Assembly: GCF_001306055.1 (NCBI RefSeq)
Contig: NZ_LGHJ01000020.1
Span: 85,970 to 117,969 of the forward strand
Reading direction: 5' to 3'
DNA from: Bellilinea caldifistulae
Lineage (GTDB): Bacteria > Chloroflexota > Anaerolineae > Anaerolineales > Anaerolineaceae
DNA: 32,000 nucleotides
Part shown: one piece after another, positions 23,206-32,000 of the stretch
Layout: each line of letters begins with the position of its first letter
How positions within the stretch are numbered: position 1 is the first letter of the stretch
Notes under the pieces: generated by a model
The model's input: only the letters and a program-made list of their open reading frames with translations
Databases searched by the model: none
What the model was told of the DNA's origin: nothing
Program-made: the position numbers and the translations under genes

Positions 23206-23241
23206 GTCTGGCGGTGAGTTTTTACCGCCGCACCGCCAGAC
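23206..23241 (+). terminator. 11-bp hairpin after the GNAT operon (weak U tail; alternative pairing possible)
   Basis: gtctggcggtg (23206-23216) pairs with caccgccagac (23231-23241). The arm ggcggt can alternatively pair with the first accgcc at 23224-23229. Confidence 0.4.
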
Positions 23242-23283
23242 AAAAACTTTCGTGGTATACTCCTGCGGTTGAAGGAAGTGAGG

Positions 23284-23919
23284 ATGGTTGAAGCCGTGAT
23301 TCGAGCTGTAATTTTTGATATGGGCGGGGTGATTTTACGAACCGAAGATCCTTCTCCGCGGGAAAGGCTGGCACATAGCCTGGGAATGACTCGCCGGGCG
23401 CTGGAAGAGGCGGTTTTCATGAGTCCTTCTTCCAGACTGGCCGAAGTGGGCGAAATCAGCGAAGCGGAACACTGGAGAATTGTCCTCGATCAACTGGGGG
23501 TGCGAGAAGAGGAAAGATTGGCCTTTCGAGAGGCGTTCTGGTCAGGCGATCGGGTAGATTACCAGTTGGTGGAATGGTTGCGGAACTTGCGTCCTTCCTA
23601 CAAAACCGGTTTGTTGAGCAATGCCTGGGATGAAGCCCGCAATGCCGTTCAGTCCAGATTTGGTTTTCTGGATGCATTCGATGTGAGTTTGTTTTCAGCG
23701 GAAGTGAAACTGCGTAAACCCGACGAACGTTTTTATCGTTTGATTCTTGAGCGGTTGGGAGCAAAACCTGAGGAATCTGTATTTGTGGACGACTTTCCAC
23801 CCAACATCGAGGCGGCTTCGAAATTGGGAATGCAAGCCGTTCACTTTCGCGACCCGCAGCAAGCTCTAAAGGAGGTGCGGGACTTGTTAAATCATCAAAC
23901 GGGTCAGGTTTACAGGTGA
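23284..23919 (+). CDS. HAD-superfamily hydrolase, subfamily IA variant 3
   Basis: Motif I VIFDMGGV, motif II LLSNA, motif III KLRKPD and motif IV VFVDD. ATG at 23284; TTG 23269 is the alternative. TGgTATACT extended -10 lies at 23253-23261. Confidence 0.85.
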   Translation: MVEAVIRAVIFDMGGVILRTEDPSPRERLAHSLGMTRRALEEAVFMSPSSRLAEVGEISEAEHWRIVLDQLGVREEERLAFREAFWSGDRVDYQLVEWLRNLRPSYKTGLLSNAWDEARNAVQSRFGFLDAFDVSLFSAEVKLRKPDERFYRLILERLGAKPEESVFVDDFPPNIEAASKLGMQAVHFRDPQQALKEVRDLLNHQTGQVYR

Positions 23920-24533
23920 TGCAGCCGGATATTTCCTTCGAGAAATATTCCAAAATGACCATCGGGGTGATTGCCGATACTCATGTGCCAGACCGAATTG
24001 ACGGGCTGCATCCTGATCTGGAAGATGTCTTACGCTCACAAAAAGTAGATGCCATCATTCACGCCGGGGATATTTCCAGTCCGGTGGTAGTGAGACAATT
24101 GGAGCAGATTGCACCGGTTTTTGCCGTGCGGGGCAACCGCGATTGGGCATTTAGAAAGACCTTACCATGGTCGCGCAGTTTACTAATGGGAGGTATCCGC
24201 ATTTTGCTAACTCACGGTCAGGGCAGGTTGGGGGATTATCTGGTGGATAAAATCTGGTATTTGCTGGATGGTTATCGTCCAGAACGGTATTTGGCGTTGA
24301 TCGAACGCCAGTTGGAGAATGAACAGGTCATCATTTTTGGGCATACCCACCGTGCGCTGGTACTGGAAAAGCATGGCCGTTTATTTCTCAACCCCGGATC
24401 GGCGGCTTTTGGAATTGGAAAAGATGCTCACCCTTCGATTGGATTCTTGCAAATTGATGATGGAAAGGTCGCTGCCCGGATTGTGAACTTGCCGAAAATG
24501 AAGATGAATGGCCGGGGTTGGAAGAAATTTTAA
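23916..24533 (+). CDS. YfcE/MJ0936-family metallophosphoesterase
   Basis: Motifs IGVIADTHVPD, HAGDI, GNRD, THGQ and GHTH. GTG at 23916 overlaps the HAD stop (GTGA). Alternative starts are ATG 23919 and ATG 23955. Confidence 0.83.
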   Translation: MMQPDISFEKYSKMTIGVIADTHVPDRIDGLHPDLEDVLRSQKVDAIIHAGDISSPVVVRQLEQIAPVFAVRGNRDWAFRKTLPWSRSLLMGGIRILLTHGQGRLGDYLVDKIWYLLDGYRPERYLALIERQLENEQVIIFGHTHRALVLEKHGRLFLNPGSAAFGIGKDAHPSIGFLQIDDGKVAARIVNLPKMKMNGRGWKKF

Positions 24534-24573
24534 GATTGAGTTTTTCGCAAATTTATTAACATTTGAATTTTCG

Positions 24574-24582
24574 TGGTATAAT
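24574..24582 (+). promoter_or_regulatory. Extended -10 element (TGgTATAAT) upstream of rpoB
   Basis: tggtataat at 24574-24582 with no convincing -35, about 105 nt upstream of the rpoB ATG. Confidence 0.4.
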
Positions 24583-24687
24583 AACAATTTGCGTATTAAG
24601 ATAGAATGCCTTAAAAGGGTCTGGAAACATTGTTTGGTATCATGCAAACGGTGATATCCTGTCCGTAATTTCTGTCAGGAGAAAAAA

Positions 24688-27600
24688 ATGCCTTCTGTTC
24701 TCAAAACCAAATCTTACGCTCGAATTCCGGTTGTTTATGACCTTCCTAACTTAATTGAGGTGCAGATCGAGTCTTTCAAGCGCCTGAAGTCGGAGGGATT
24801 GGCGGATTTATTCCACGAGATTTCACCAATTGAATCGTACAACAAGGGGATGAAGTTGTATTTCCCAAGCCGCTCCCCCGAAGCGGAGCAATGGGGTTTG
24901 AAATTCTGGTTCGGTGAGCCCAAGCATTCGATCGAGGAATGCGTCGAGCGCGATTTGACCTACGCCAGCCCGTTGTATGTATCGGTTCTGCTGGCTGGAC
25001 CGGACGTGCCGGAGCCAATCAAACAGGATATTTTCCTCGGCGATTTTCCGGAAATGACGGAAAAGGGCACCTTTATTATTAACGGCACAGAACGGGTGGT
25101 CGTTTCACAACTGATTCGTTCGCCGGGTGTCTATTTTGAAGCGCCGGTTGATCGGGCTACCGGTCACCGCCTGGCAATGGCCAAGTTGATTCCTGACCGG
25201 GGCGCATGGATGGAGTTTGAGACTCGTAAAAATGACTACTTGATTCTCAAATTCAACCGGAAGCGCACGGTTCCGATCACCATCTTCCTGCGCGCTCTGG
25301 CGGCGGTTTCGGATGGATTGGGCAACTCGCCGATTAAAACCGGGTCGGACGAGGAATTGATTGCTCTCTTTCAGGACGTGGATAATAACCCGGATCGGCT
25401 GTTTATTACCTCCACCATCCGGCAGGAGCCGCCATGGGACTTAAGCGGAGGATTGACCATTGGTGAAGCCGCACTGATTGAATTCTTCAAGCGGATGCGC
25501 CCCGGCGACCCGGCCACCCTTGAAAATGCGCGTGAATTCCTGGAAGAGCAGTTATTCGACCAGCGCCATTACGATTTGGAGAAGGTTGGGCGGTACAAAC
25601 TCAACCAGAAACTGGACCTGATGGATAAGATTCCGATGAGCCACCGCACGGTCACAGCCTGGGATGTGGTCTATCTGGTGCGGCGGATGATCATGATCAA
25701 CAACGAAAAAGAAGACAAGGATGATATTGATCACCTTGGCAACCGCCGCGTAAAAACGGTTGGTGAATTGATCCAGAACAAATTACGGGTTGGCTTGCGC
25801 CGAATGGAGCGGGTGATCAAGGAACGCATGTCCATCCGCGATCAGGATCAGACCTCACCGGTGAGTTTGGTCAATATTCGTCCGGTCGTGGCGGCCTTGC
25901 GGGAATTTTTCGGTTCCAGCCAGCTTTCGCAGTTTATGGATCAAACAAACCCGCTGGCTGAGTTGCGTCACAAACGCACCCTTTCGGCGTTAGGACCGGG
26001 TGGTCTGCGGCGCGAACGGGCCGGTTTTGATGTGCGCGATGTGCATCACTCGCACTATGGGCGTATCTGCCCGATTGAAACGCCGGAAGGCCCAAACATT
26101 GGCTTGATTGGGCGTTTGGCCAGTTATGCACGGGTGAATGAATACGGCTTTATTGAGACTCCCTACCGACGGGTAGTTAAAGCGCTCTCATCCAACGATC
26201 CCCAACTGGTTGGCCGGGCGCTGGCAGAAAACCTTGCCGATCCGGAAACGGGTGAAGTGATTTTACGACAGGGTGAACGGGTTACCCCTGATTTACTGCC
26301 GGTGATTCAAAAATTGAACCGTTCGACCATTTTTGTGGTTCCGTTTGTCTCCGAAGAGGTCGAGTATCTTTCAGCAGATGCGGAGGATAAATTCGTCATT
26401 GCTCAGGCAAACACCCCGCTCAACGAATACAATGAGTTTGTAGAGACCCGCATCATGTGCCGGCACCACTCGGATTTCCGGATGTCCTCGCCGGAGGCGG
26501 TCAATTACATGGACGTAGCCCCTCATCAGGTGGTGGGTATCAGTGCATCCTTAATCCCCTTCCTTGAACACGATGATGCCAACCGCGCTTTGATGGGTTC
26601 AAACATGCAGGCGCAGGCTGTGCCGCTGGTTCAACCGGACATCCCGATCATTTCGACTGGCATGGAAGCGTATGCCGCTCTGGATTCAGGGCAGGTGTTA
26701 ATTGCAGAGGAAGATGGGGATGTGGTTTCGGTTACCGGCCGCCAAATTGTAGTACGCAGTGAGTCGGGGTTGCGCACCTATAACCTGCGCAAATATCAGC
26801 GTTCCAATCAATCTACCTGTATTGATCAACGCCCGGCAGTGGTCAAGGGTCAGCGCGTGCGGAAAGGTGATGTGCTGGCCGATTCCTCGTCAACCGTGAA
26901 CGGTAATCTGGCGTTGGGACAAAATGTGGTGGTGGCATTTCTTTCCTGGGAAGGTGGCAATTTTGAAGATGCGATTTTGATCTCGGAAAAACTGGTGCAG
27001 GATGACCGGTTCACCTCCGTTCACATTGAAAAGTACGAGGTCGAAGCGCGCGACACGAAATTGGGTCCAGAAGAGATCACCCGTGACATTCCGAATGTGG
27101 GCGAGGATGCCATCAAAGACCTTGATGAACACGGCATCATCCGTATCGGTGCAGAAGTCGGCCCGAATGATATTCTGGTCGGCAAAATCACACCCAAAGG
27201 TGAAAAAGAACTGACACCCGAGGAGCGCTTGTTGCGGGCGATCTTTGGCGAGAAATCGCGGGATGTTAAGGATACTTCTCTGCGGATGCCGCATGGCGAA
27301 CGCGGCAAGGTAGTGGATGTCAAGGTGTTTACCCGCGAAGAAAACAGCGATTTATCTGCGGGTGTGGATATGATGGTGCGTGTATCGGTCGCGCAGCGCC
27401 GAAAGATCACCGCGGGGGATAAAATGGCCGGCCGCCACGGGAACAAAGGCGTGGTTTCGCGGGTTGTGCCGGTTGAGAATATGCCGTTCCTGGAAGATGG
27501 CACACCGGTTGATATTATCCTCAATCCGCTGGGTGTACCCGGCCGTATGAATATCGGTCAGGTGTTGGAAACTCACCTGGGCTGGGCGGCGCAGCGCCTG

Positions 27601-28608
27601 GGCTTTCGGGCAATTACGCCCGTCTTCGATGGCGCCAATGAGAAAGAAATTGAAGCCGAACTTGCGCGGGCGTGGATCATTGATCAGGCCTGGAAGGAAG
27701 CTGGCGAACGCGCATGGCGGTGGTTGAAAGAGCAGACTTATGATCCGGAAAGCATCCGGGATGATAACGAAGTCCGCTTGCTCTTCCTCGAACAAGAACT
27801 TTCCCGCCACGGTTATGACATCGAAAAACTTTCCTACGACGAAAATTATGCGCGCTGGTCGTGGATGGAGGTCTGGCTGCAAGAGCATGGTTACGATCCA
27901 AAGGAAGTGCTGGTTTATGAGGAAAATGTAACCCGCGACCCGCAAATGCAAGCCAAGGACCAGCGAGCTGTGACGGTGTGTTTGCGGCTGTGGCTGCATG
28001 AGAATGGTGTGGAAGTGGATGCCGCTGCGGATGATCAAGAGGTGCGTCAGCGGGCAGAAGCTTATATGCTGGAAAGCGGTAATCCTATACCGGTAATTGG
28101 CAAAGTGATTTTAAGGGATGGCAAAACTGGTTTACCCTATGATCAACCGGTTACCGTGGGAGTGATGACCATGCTCAAGCTGCACCATCTCGTGGAAGAC
28201 AAAGTCCATGCCCGCTCAACCGGCCCGTATTCGCTGGTCACTCAGCAGCCATTGGGCGGTAAAGCCCAGTTTGGCGGTCAGCGCTTTGGCGAGATGGAAG
28301 TGTGGGCATTGGAAGCCTATGGGGCGGCCTATACTCTCCAGGAAATGTTGACCGTAAAATCGGATGATGTACAGGGGCGTGTGGCAACCTACGAGGCAAT
28401 TGTCAAAAATGAGCCGATCGAAGAACCCAGCCTGCCGGCCTCGTTCCGGGTGCTGGTCAAGGAATTGCAAAGTCTGGGTCTGGCAGTGGAAGCCGTAATG
28501 GATTCCGGCGAGGTCATCCGATTTGGGAAGGATGAAGAACGCGTGCGCCCGCCCAAACTGGAAACCGGCTTACTGACATTAGGAGAGGAACTGGATGAAC
28601 TGATGTGA
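24688..28608 (+). CDS. rpoB: DNA-directed RNA polymerase subunit beta
   Basis: 1306 aa. It carries the rifampicin-cluster string [34 protein letters not shown] and [14 protein letters not shown]. The C-terminal region has [62 protein letters not shown] is present. Confidence 0.99.
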   Translation: MPSVLKTKSYARIPVVYDLPNLIEVQIESFKRLKSEGLADLFHEISPIESYNKGMKLYFPSRSPEAEQWGLKFWFGEPKHSIEECVERDLTYASPLYVSVLLAGPDVPEPIKQDIFLGDFPEMTEKGTFIINGTERVVVSQLIRSPGVYFEAPVDRATGHRLAMAKLIPDRGAWMEFETRKNDYLILKFNRKRTVPITIFLRALAAVSDGLGNSPIKTGSDEELIALFQDVDNNPDRLFITSTIRQEPPWDLSGGLTIGEAALIEFFKRMRPGDPATLENAREFLEEQLFDQRHYDLEKVGRYKLNQKLDLMDKIPMSHRTVTAWDVVYLVRRMIMINNEKEDKDDIDHLGNRRVKTVGELIQNKLRVGLRRMERVIKERMSIRDQDQTSPVSLVNIRPVVAALREFFGSSQLSQFMDQTNPLAELRHKRTLSALGPGGLRRERAGFDVRDVHHSHYGRICPIETPEGPNIGLIGRLASYARVNEYGFIETPYRRVVKALSSNDPQLVGRALAENLADPETGEVILRQGERVTPDLLPVIQKLNRSTIFVVPFVSEEVEYLSADAEDKFVIAQANTPLNEYNEFVETRIMCRHHSDFRMSSPEAVNYMDVAPHQVVGISASLIPFLEHDDANRALMGSNMQAQAVPLVQPDIPIISTGMEAYAALDSGQVLIAEEDGDVVSVTGRQIVVRSESGLRTYNLRKYQRSNQSTCIDQRPAVVKGQRVRKGDVLADSSSTVNGNLALGQNVVVAFLSWEGGNFEDAILISEKLVQDDRFTSVHIEKYEVEARDTKLGPEEITRDIPNVGEDAIKDLDEHGIIRIGAEVGPNDILVGKITPKGEKELTPEERLLRAIFGEKSRDVKDTSLRMPHGERGKVVDVKVFTREENSDLSAGVDMMVRVSVAQRRKITAGDKMAGRHGNKGVVSRVVPVENMPFLEDGTPVDIILNPLGVPGRMNIGQVLETHLGWAAQRLGFRAITPVFDGANEKEIEAELARAWIIDQAWKEAGERAWRWLKEQTYDPESIRDDNEVRLLFLEQELSRHGYDIEKLSYDENYARWSWMEVWLQEHGYDPKEVLVYEENVTRDPQMQAKDQRAVTVCLRLWLHENGVEVDAAADDQEVRQRAEAYMLESGNPIPVIGKVILRDGKTGLPYDQPVTVGVMTMLKLHHLVEDKVHARSTGPYSLVTQQPLGGKAQFGGQRFGEMEVWALEAYGAAYTLQEMLTVKSDDVQGRVATYEAIVKNEPIEEPSLPASFRVLVKELQSLGLAVEAVMDSGEVIRFGKDEERVRPPKLETGLLTLGEELDELM

Positions 28609-28612
28609 AAGG

Positions 28613-28641
28613 TTGACGGAGAATACCCACCGTGATATAAT
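28613..28641 (+). promoter_or_regulatory. Strong sigma70-like promoter for rpsL-rpsG-fusA-tuf (TTGACG-17 nt-TGaTATAAT)
   Basis: ttgacg at 28613-28618, an exact 17-nt spacer and tataat at 28636-28641, with TG at 28633-28634. It starts 5 nt after the rpoB stop. Confidence 0.7.
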
Positions 28642-28800
28642 CCATCTCCGTGCCTTTACTGTCCGAAAACGCAGTTCTAACGGACGAACGGGAATCAGTG
28701 AGGCGATCTCTTGATGTGATCGCCTCCATTGTTGAAAAAAACACACAATCAATCAAGGCGAGCAATCGCCGCAGGACTAATCTTCTGGAGGCAAAAGAAC

Positions 28801-29220
28801 GTGCCAACAATTAACCAACTGATCCGCAAAGGTCGTCAAACCAAGAAGGTCAAGAGCAAGGCTCCTGCGCTGCAATACACCTATAACTCGATGAAGCAGC
28901 GCCGCACCCGTCAGGAAAAGGGTGCCCCGCAGAAGCGGGGCGTGTGTACCTCGGTGCGTACCATGACCCCCAAGAAGCCGAACTCGGCGCTGCGCAAGAT
29001 TGCCCGTGTTCGTCTGACCAACATGATTGAGGTGACTGCCTACATTCCGGGCGAAGGTCACCAGTTGCAAGAGCACTCGGTGGTGCTGGTGCGCGGCGGT
29101 CGTGTGAAGGACTTGCCGGGTGTCCGCTATCACATTGTGCGCGGTACGCTGGATGCGACCGGGGTTGCCAAACGGGCTCAGGGTCGCTCGAAGTACGGTG
29201 CCAAGAAAGCCAAGAAATAA
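28801..29220 (+). CDS. rpsL: 30S ribosomal protein S12
   Basis: GTG start gives (M)[11 protein letters not shown]..., with GGAGG at 28787-28791. Contains [24 protein letters not shown] and [20 protein letters not shown]. The upstream extension in the track ORF (from 28729) is not S12-like. Confidence 0.96.
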   Translation: MPTINQLIRKGRQTKKVKSKAPALQYTYNSMKQRRTRQEKGAPQKRGVCTSVRTMTPKKPNSALRKIARVRLTNMIEVTAYIPGEGHQLQEHSVVLVRGGRVKDLPGVRYHIVRGTLDATGVAKRAQGRSKYGAKKAKK

Positions 29221-29247
29221 GCCTGACCTGAGGATGGAGAAAGTTTC

Positions 29248-29715
29248 ATGCGTCGAACGAAACCGGAAAAACGAGAAGTTCCACCTGATGTACGCTATAA
29301 CAGCGTAGATCTGCAAAAGTTCATTCATCACATTCTGCGCCGCGGAAAGAAAAGCCTGGCGGTATCCATTGTTTATGATGCGATGGATATGGTCAAGGAA
29401 AAGACCGGCCGAAACCCTTTGGAAGTTTTTGAATTGGCGCTGAAAAATGTCGGCCCGATTATGGAAGTGCGCCCGCGTCGGGTGGGTGGTGCCACCTATC
29501 AGGTGCCGATGGAAGTGCCCGGCGAGCGTCGTCTGGCGCTTGCCATGCGCTGGATTGCGGATGCTGCCCGTGCGCGCTCCGGCAAATCCTTCGCGGAGAA
29601 AATTGCGGCCGAATTGATTGACGCTGCCAATAATCAGGGTAATGCGGTGCGTAAACGTGAGGAAACTCATAAGATGGCCGAGGCCAACCGGGCTTTCTCC
29701 CACTATCGGGTATAG
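29248..29715 (+). CDS. rpsG: 30S ribosomal protein S7
   Basis: 155 aa. Contains PDVRYNSVDLQKFIHHILRRGKKSLA...VRPRRVGGATYQVPMEV...RLALAMRW, with a GGATGGAG SD region. Confidence 0.97.
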   Translation: MRRTKPEKREVPPDVRYNSVDLQKFIHHILRRGKKSLAVSIVYDAMDMVKEKTGRNPLEVFELALKNVGPIMEVRPRRVGGATYQVPMEVPGERRLALAMRWIADAARARSGKSFAEKIAAELIDAANNQGNAVRKREETHKMAEANRAFSHYRV

Positions 29716-29755
29716 CCGGTGTTTTGGCAGATTGGCTTAGTGCAGGAAGAGACTC

Positions 29756-31828
29756 ATGCCGCGTAATTTTCCGTTAGAAAAGTGCCGCAATATCGGGATC
29801 ATCGCTCACATTGATGCGGGTAAAACCACCACAACGGAGCGGATCCTCTTTTACACCGGCAAGACATATCGAATTGGCTCGGTGGATGAAGGCACAACCG
29901 TTACCGATTGGATGGCGCAGGAACGGGAGCGCGGTATTACCATTGTCTCGGCTGCGGTAACGGCGGAGTGGAAGGGCTATCAGATTAATGTCATTGATAC
30001 GCCCGGTCACATTGACTTTACGGCAGAGGTTCAGCGTTCGCTGCGGGTTTTGGATGGGGGAGTGGTGATTTTCGATGCGGTTCAAGGGGTTGAACCGCAA
30101 AGCGAAACCGTCTGGCGTCAGGCAGACCGTTACCATGTCCCGCGGATTTGCTTCGTCAACAAGATGGACCGTGTGGGGGCTTCCTTTGAGCGCACAATCG
30201 AATCGATCCGTCAGCGCCTGGGGGCAAACCCAATTGCCATGCAAATTCCGATTGGCGAAGAGTCGGCATTTGAGGGAGTGGTGGACTTGTTGACCATGCA
30301 AGCCATCACGTGGGAAGATGAACTGGGGCGTGAGCCAAAATACGGTAAGATTCCCGATCATCTGCTGGCGCAGGCGCAGGAAATGCGTGCCATCATGGTT
30401 GAAAAGATTGCCGAATTCGAGGATGAATTAATCATCAAGTTCCTCGAAGGGGAAGAAATTTCGGTCGAAGAGTTGAAACAGGTGCTGCGAAGAGCGGTCA
30501 TCGCCAACAAAGCAACACCTGTTTTTTGCGGTTCGTCCCTTCGTAATAAGGGTGTTCAGCCAATTCTGGATGCGATCATTGATTATCTACCTTCGCCGCG
30601 GGATATTCCGCCCGTGAAAGGGGTGGATCCGGAAAATCACGACCGGGTGATTGAACGCCCGGCCGACGATGACGCGCCGATGAGCGCGCTGGTCTTTAAG
30701 ATCGTTTCTGACCCCTATGTGGGGCGGCTGGCGTACTTCCGCGTATATTCCGGTAAAGTAGTACAGGGAGAGACCGTGCTCAATTCTTCCAAAAATCGTA
30801 AAGAACGAATTGGGCGCATGGTACGCATGTACGCCGATCGGCGCGAGGATATCACCGAAGTGTACGCCGGGGATATTGGGGCGGTTTTGGGTTTCAAAGA
30901 TACTTTCACCGGTGATACCCTTTGTGACCCCAAGCATCCGATTTTGTTGGAAAGCATTACATTCCCCGAACCGGTTATTTTTGTGGCTGTAGAGCCCAAG
31001 ACCACAGCCGATCAAGACCGCATGGCAGAAGCCCTGCGCCGGCTGGCAGAAGAAGACCCCACTTTTAAAGTCCGCACGGATGAAAATACCGGGCAGACCA
31101 TTATTGCCGGTATGGGTGAACTTCATCTGGACATTATCGTGGATCGCATGATGCGCGAGTTTCGGGTGCAGGCCAATGTTGGCCGTCCGCGGGTTTCCTA
31201 CCGCGAAACGATCACCCGTCCGGTGGTTGGCGTCAACTACAAGTATGTGAAACAAACCGGTGGGCGTGGTCAATACGGTCATGTGGTGTTGACTCTTGAA
31301 CCTCTCGAACGCGGAAACGGCATTCGTTTTGTGGATCGAATTGTGGGTGGCGTCATTCCTAAAGAATACATTCCAGCGGTGGAAAAAGGGGTAATGGAAG
31401 CAGCCGAGTCGGGGGTGCTGGCGGGGTATCCCGTGACGGATATTCAGGTCACCCTGACGGATGGTTCATATCACGAGGTCGACTCCAGTGAAATGGCGTT
31501 CAAAATGGCTGCGATTTTCGCCTTCAAAGAAGGTATGCAGCGCGGAGCGCCGGTACTTTTGGAGCCGATCATGAAAGTGGAGGTTGTCTTACCGGAAGAA
31601 TATTTGGGTGATGTACTGGCTCAATTGAATTCCCGTCGGGCGGAAATCCAGGGGATGGATATTCGCCCGGGCAATGCCCAGGCCATACGCGCGCTGGTGC
31701 CTCTGGCAGAAATGTTTGGGTATACAACCGAGCTACGCTCGGCAACGCAGGGTAGGGGTGTTTATTCGATGGAGTTCCACCATTACGCCCCTGTTCCCGA
31801 ATCGGTCAAACAAAAAATCATCATCTAA
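29756..31828 (+). CDS. fusA: Translation elongation factor G
   Basis: 690 aa. Contains [32 protein letters not shown] and the domain IV/V strings. Confidence 0.99.
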   Translation: MPRNFPLEKCRNIGIIAHIDAGKTTTTERILFYTGKTYRIGSVDEGTTVTDWMAQERERGITIVSAAVTAEWKGYQINVIDTPGHIDFTAEVQRSLRVLDGGVVIFDAVQGVEPQSETVWRQADRYHVPRICFVNKMDRVGASFERTIESIRQRLGANPIAMQIPIGEESAFEGVVDLLTMQAITWEDELGREPKYGKIPDHLLAQAQEMRAIMVEKIAEFEDELIIKFLEGEEISVEELKQVLRRAVIANKATPVFCGSSLRNKGVQPILDAIIDYLPSPRDIPPVKGVDPENHDRVIERPADDDAPMSALVFKIVSDPYVGRLAYFRVYSGKVVQGETVLNSSKNRKERIGRMVRMYADRREDITEVYAGDIGAVLGFKDTFTGDTLCDPKHPILLESITFPEPVIFVAVEPKTTADQDRMAEALRRLAEEDPTFKVRTDENTGQTIIAGMGELHLDIIVDRMMREFRVQANVGRPRVSYRETITRPVVGVNYKYVKQTGGRGQYGHVVLTLEPLERGNGIRFVDRIVGGVIPKEYIPAVEKGVMEAAESGVLAGYPVTDIQVTLTDGSYHEVDSSEMAFKMAAIFAFKEGMQRGAPVLLEPIMKVEVVLPEEYLGDVLAQLNSRRAEIQGMDIRPGNAQAIRALVPLAEMFGYTTELRSATQGRGVYSMEFHHYAPVPESVKQKIII

Positions 31829-31880
31829 TATCATTCACTGAATCACCATCAGGACTTTTTGCGAGGAGAGATAAAAAAAC

Positions 31881-32000
31881 ATGGCGAAGCAAAAATTTGA
31901 GCGAACGAAACCGCATTTGAACGTAGGCACCATGGGGCACATTGACCATGGGAAAACGACGTTGACCGCGGCAATCACCAAGTGGTGCAGTCTGTTAGGG
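31881..32000 (+). CDS. tuf: Translation elongation factor Tu, first 40 codons (runs off the right edge)
   Basis: Absent from the ORF track. ATG at 31881 reads [40 protein letters not shown], with GAGGAGAG SD at 31863-31870. Confidence 0.96.
   Translation, partial: MAKQKFERTKPHLNVGTMGHIDHGKTTLTAAITKWCSLLG

Noticed and set aside
27021-29703. Long minus-strand ORFs inside rpoB (167 and 228 aa) and across rpsL-rpsG (308 aa)
   Set aside because: They are antisense to universally conserved genes. Long open antisense frames are expected there from codon bias.

Overview
This window looks like a bacterial chromosomal segment of about 50% GC, and the gene content gives an impression of Chloroflexota/Anaerolineae that I cannot verify. 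It holds about 31 protein genes. I found no rRNA, tRNA, CRISPR array or recognisable IS/prophage.

Gene order, left to right:
- gmd (partial), clpC and nagA.
- A GNAT gene plus a holin-family-4 membrane protein.
- A 1150-aa GT-C-type glycosyltransferase fused to a six-bladed NHL propeller.
- An MFS / dual-specificity phosphatase / GNAT operon.
- A zinc-ribbon membrane protein and an SGNH lipoprotein.
- An archaeal-type PEP carboxylase.
- A five-gene sulfur module on the minus strand: HTH-PocR regulator, SQR-like flavoprotein, DUF1641, TusE/DsrC-like and DsrE-like.
- A PPOX/F420-type protein, LapA-like and DegV.
- A 407-nt non-coding gap.
- An operon of a resolvase-fold remnant, three tandem GNATs, a HAD hydrolase and a metallophosphoesterase.
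- rpoB, followed directly by rpsL-rpsG-fusA-tuf. There is no rpoC after rpoB and no rplJ/rplL before it.

Most worth a second look:
1. The promoter-driven, roughly 200-nt rod-like structured RNA at 20163-20360. It ends in two hairpins whose arms are interchangeable, which is an attenuator-like four-segment design.
2. The SQR / DUF1641 / TusE / DsrE module with its PocR-type regulator and a 9-bp direct repeat just upstream of its promoter.
3. The degenerate resolvase-like gene plus triple-GNAT operon.
4. A roughly 140-aa internally repetitive insertion in RpoB, and the rpoB / str-operon junction.

All family calls come from reading motifs by eye. No database search was run.
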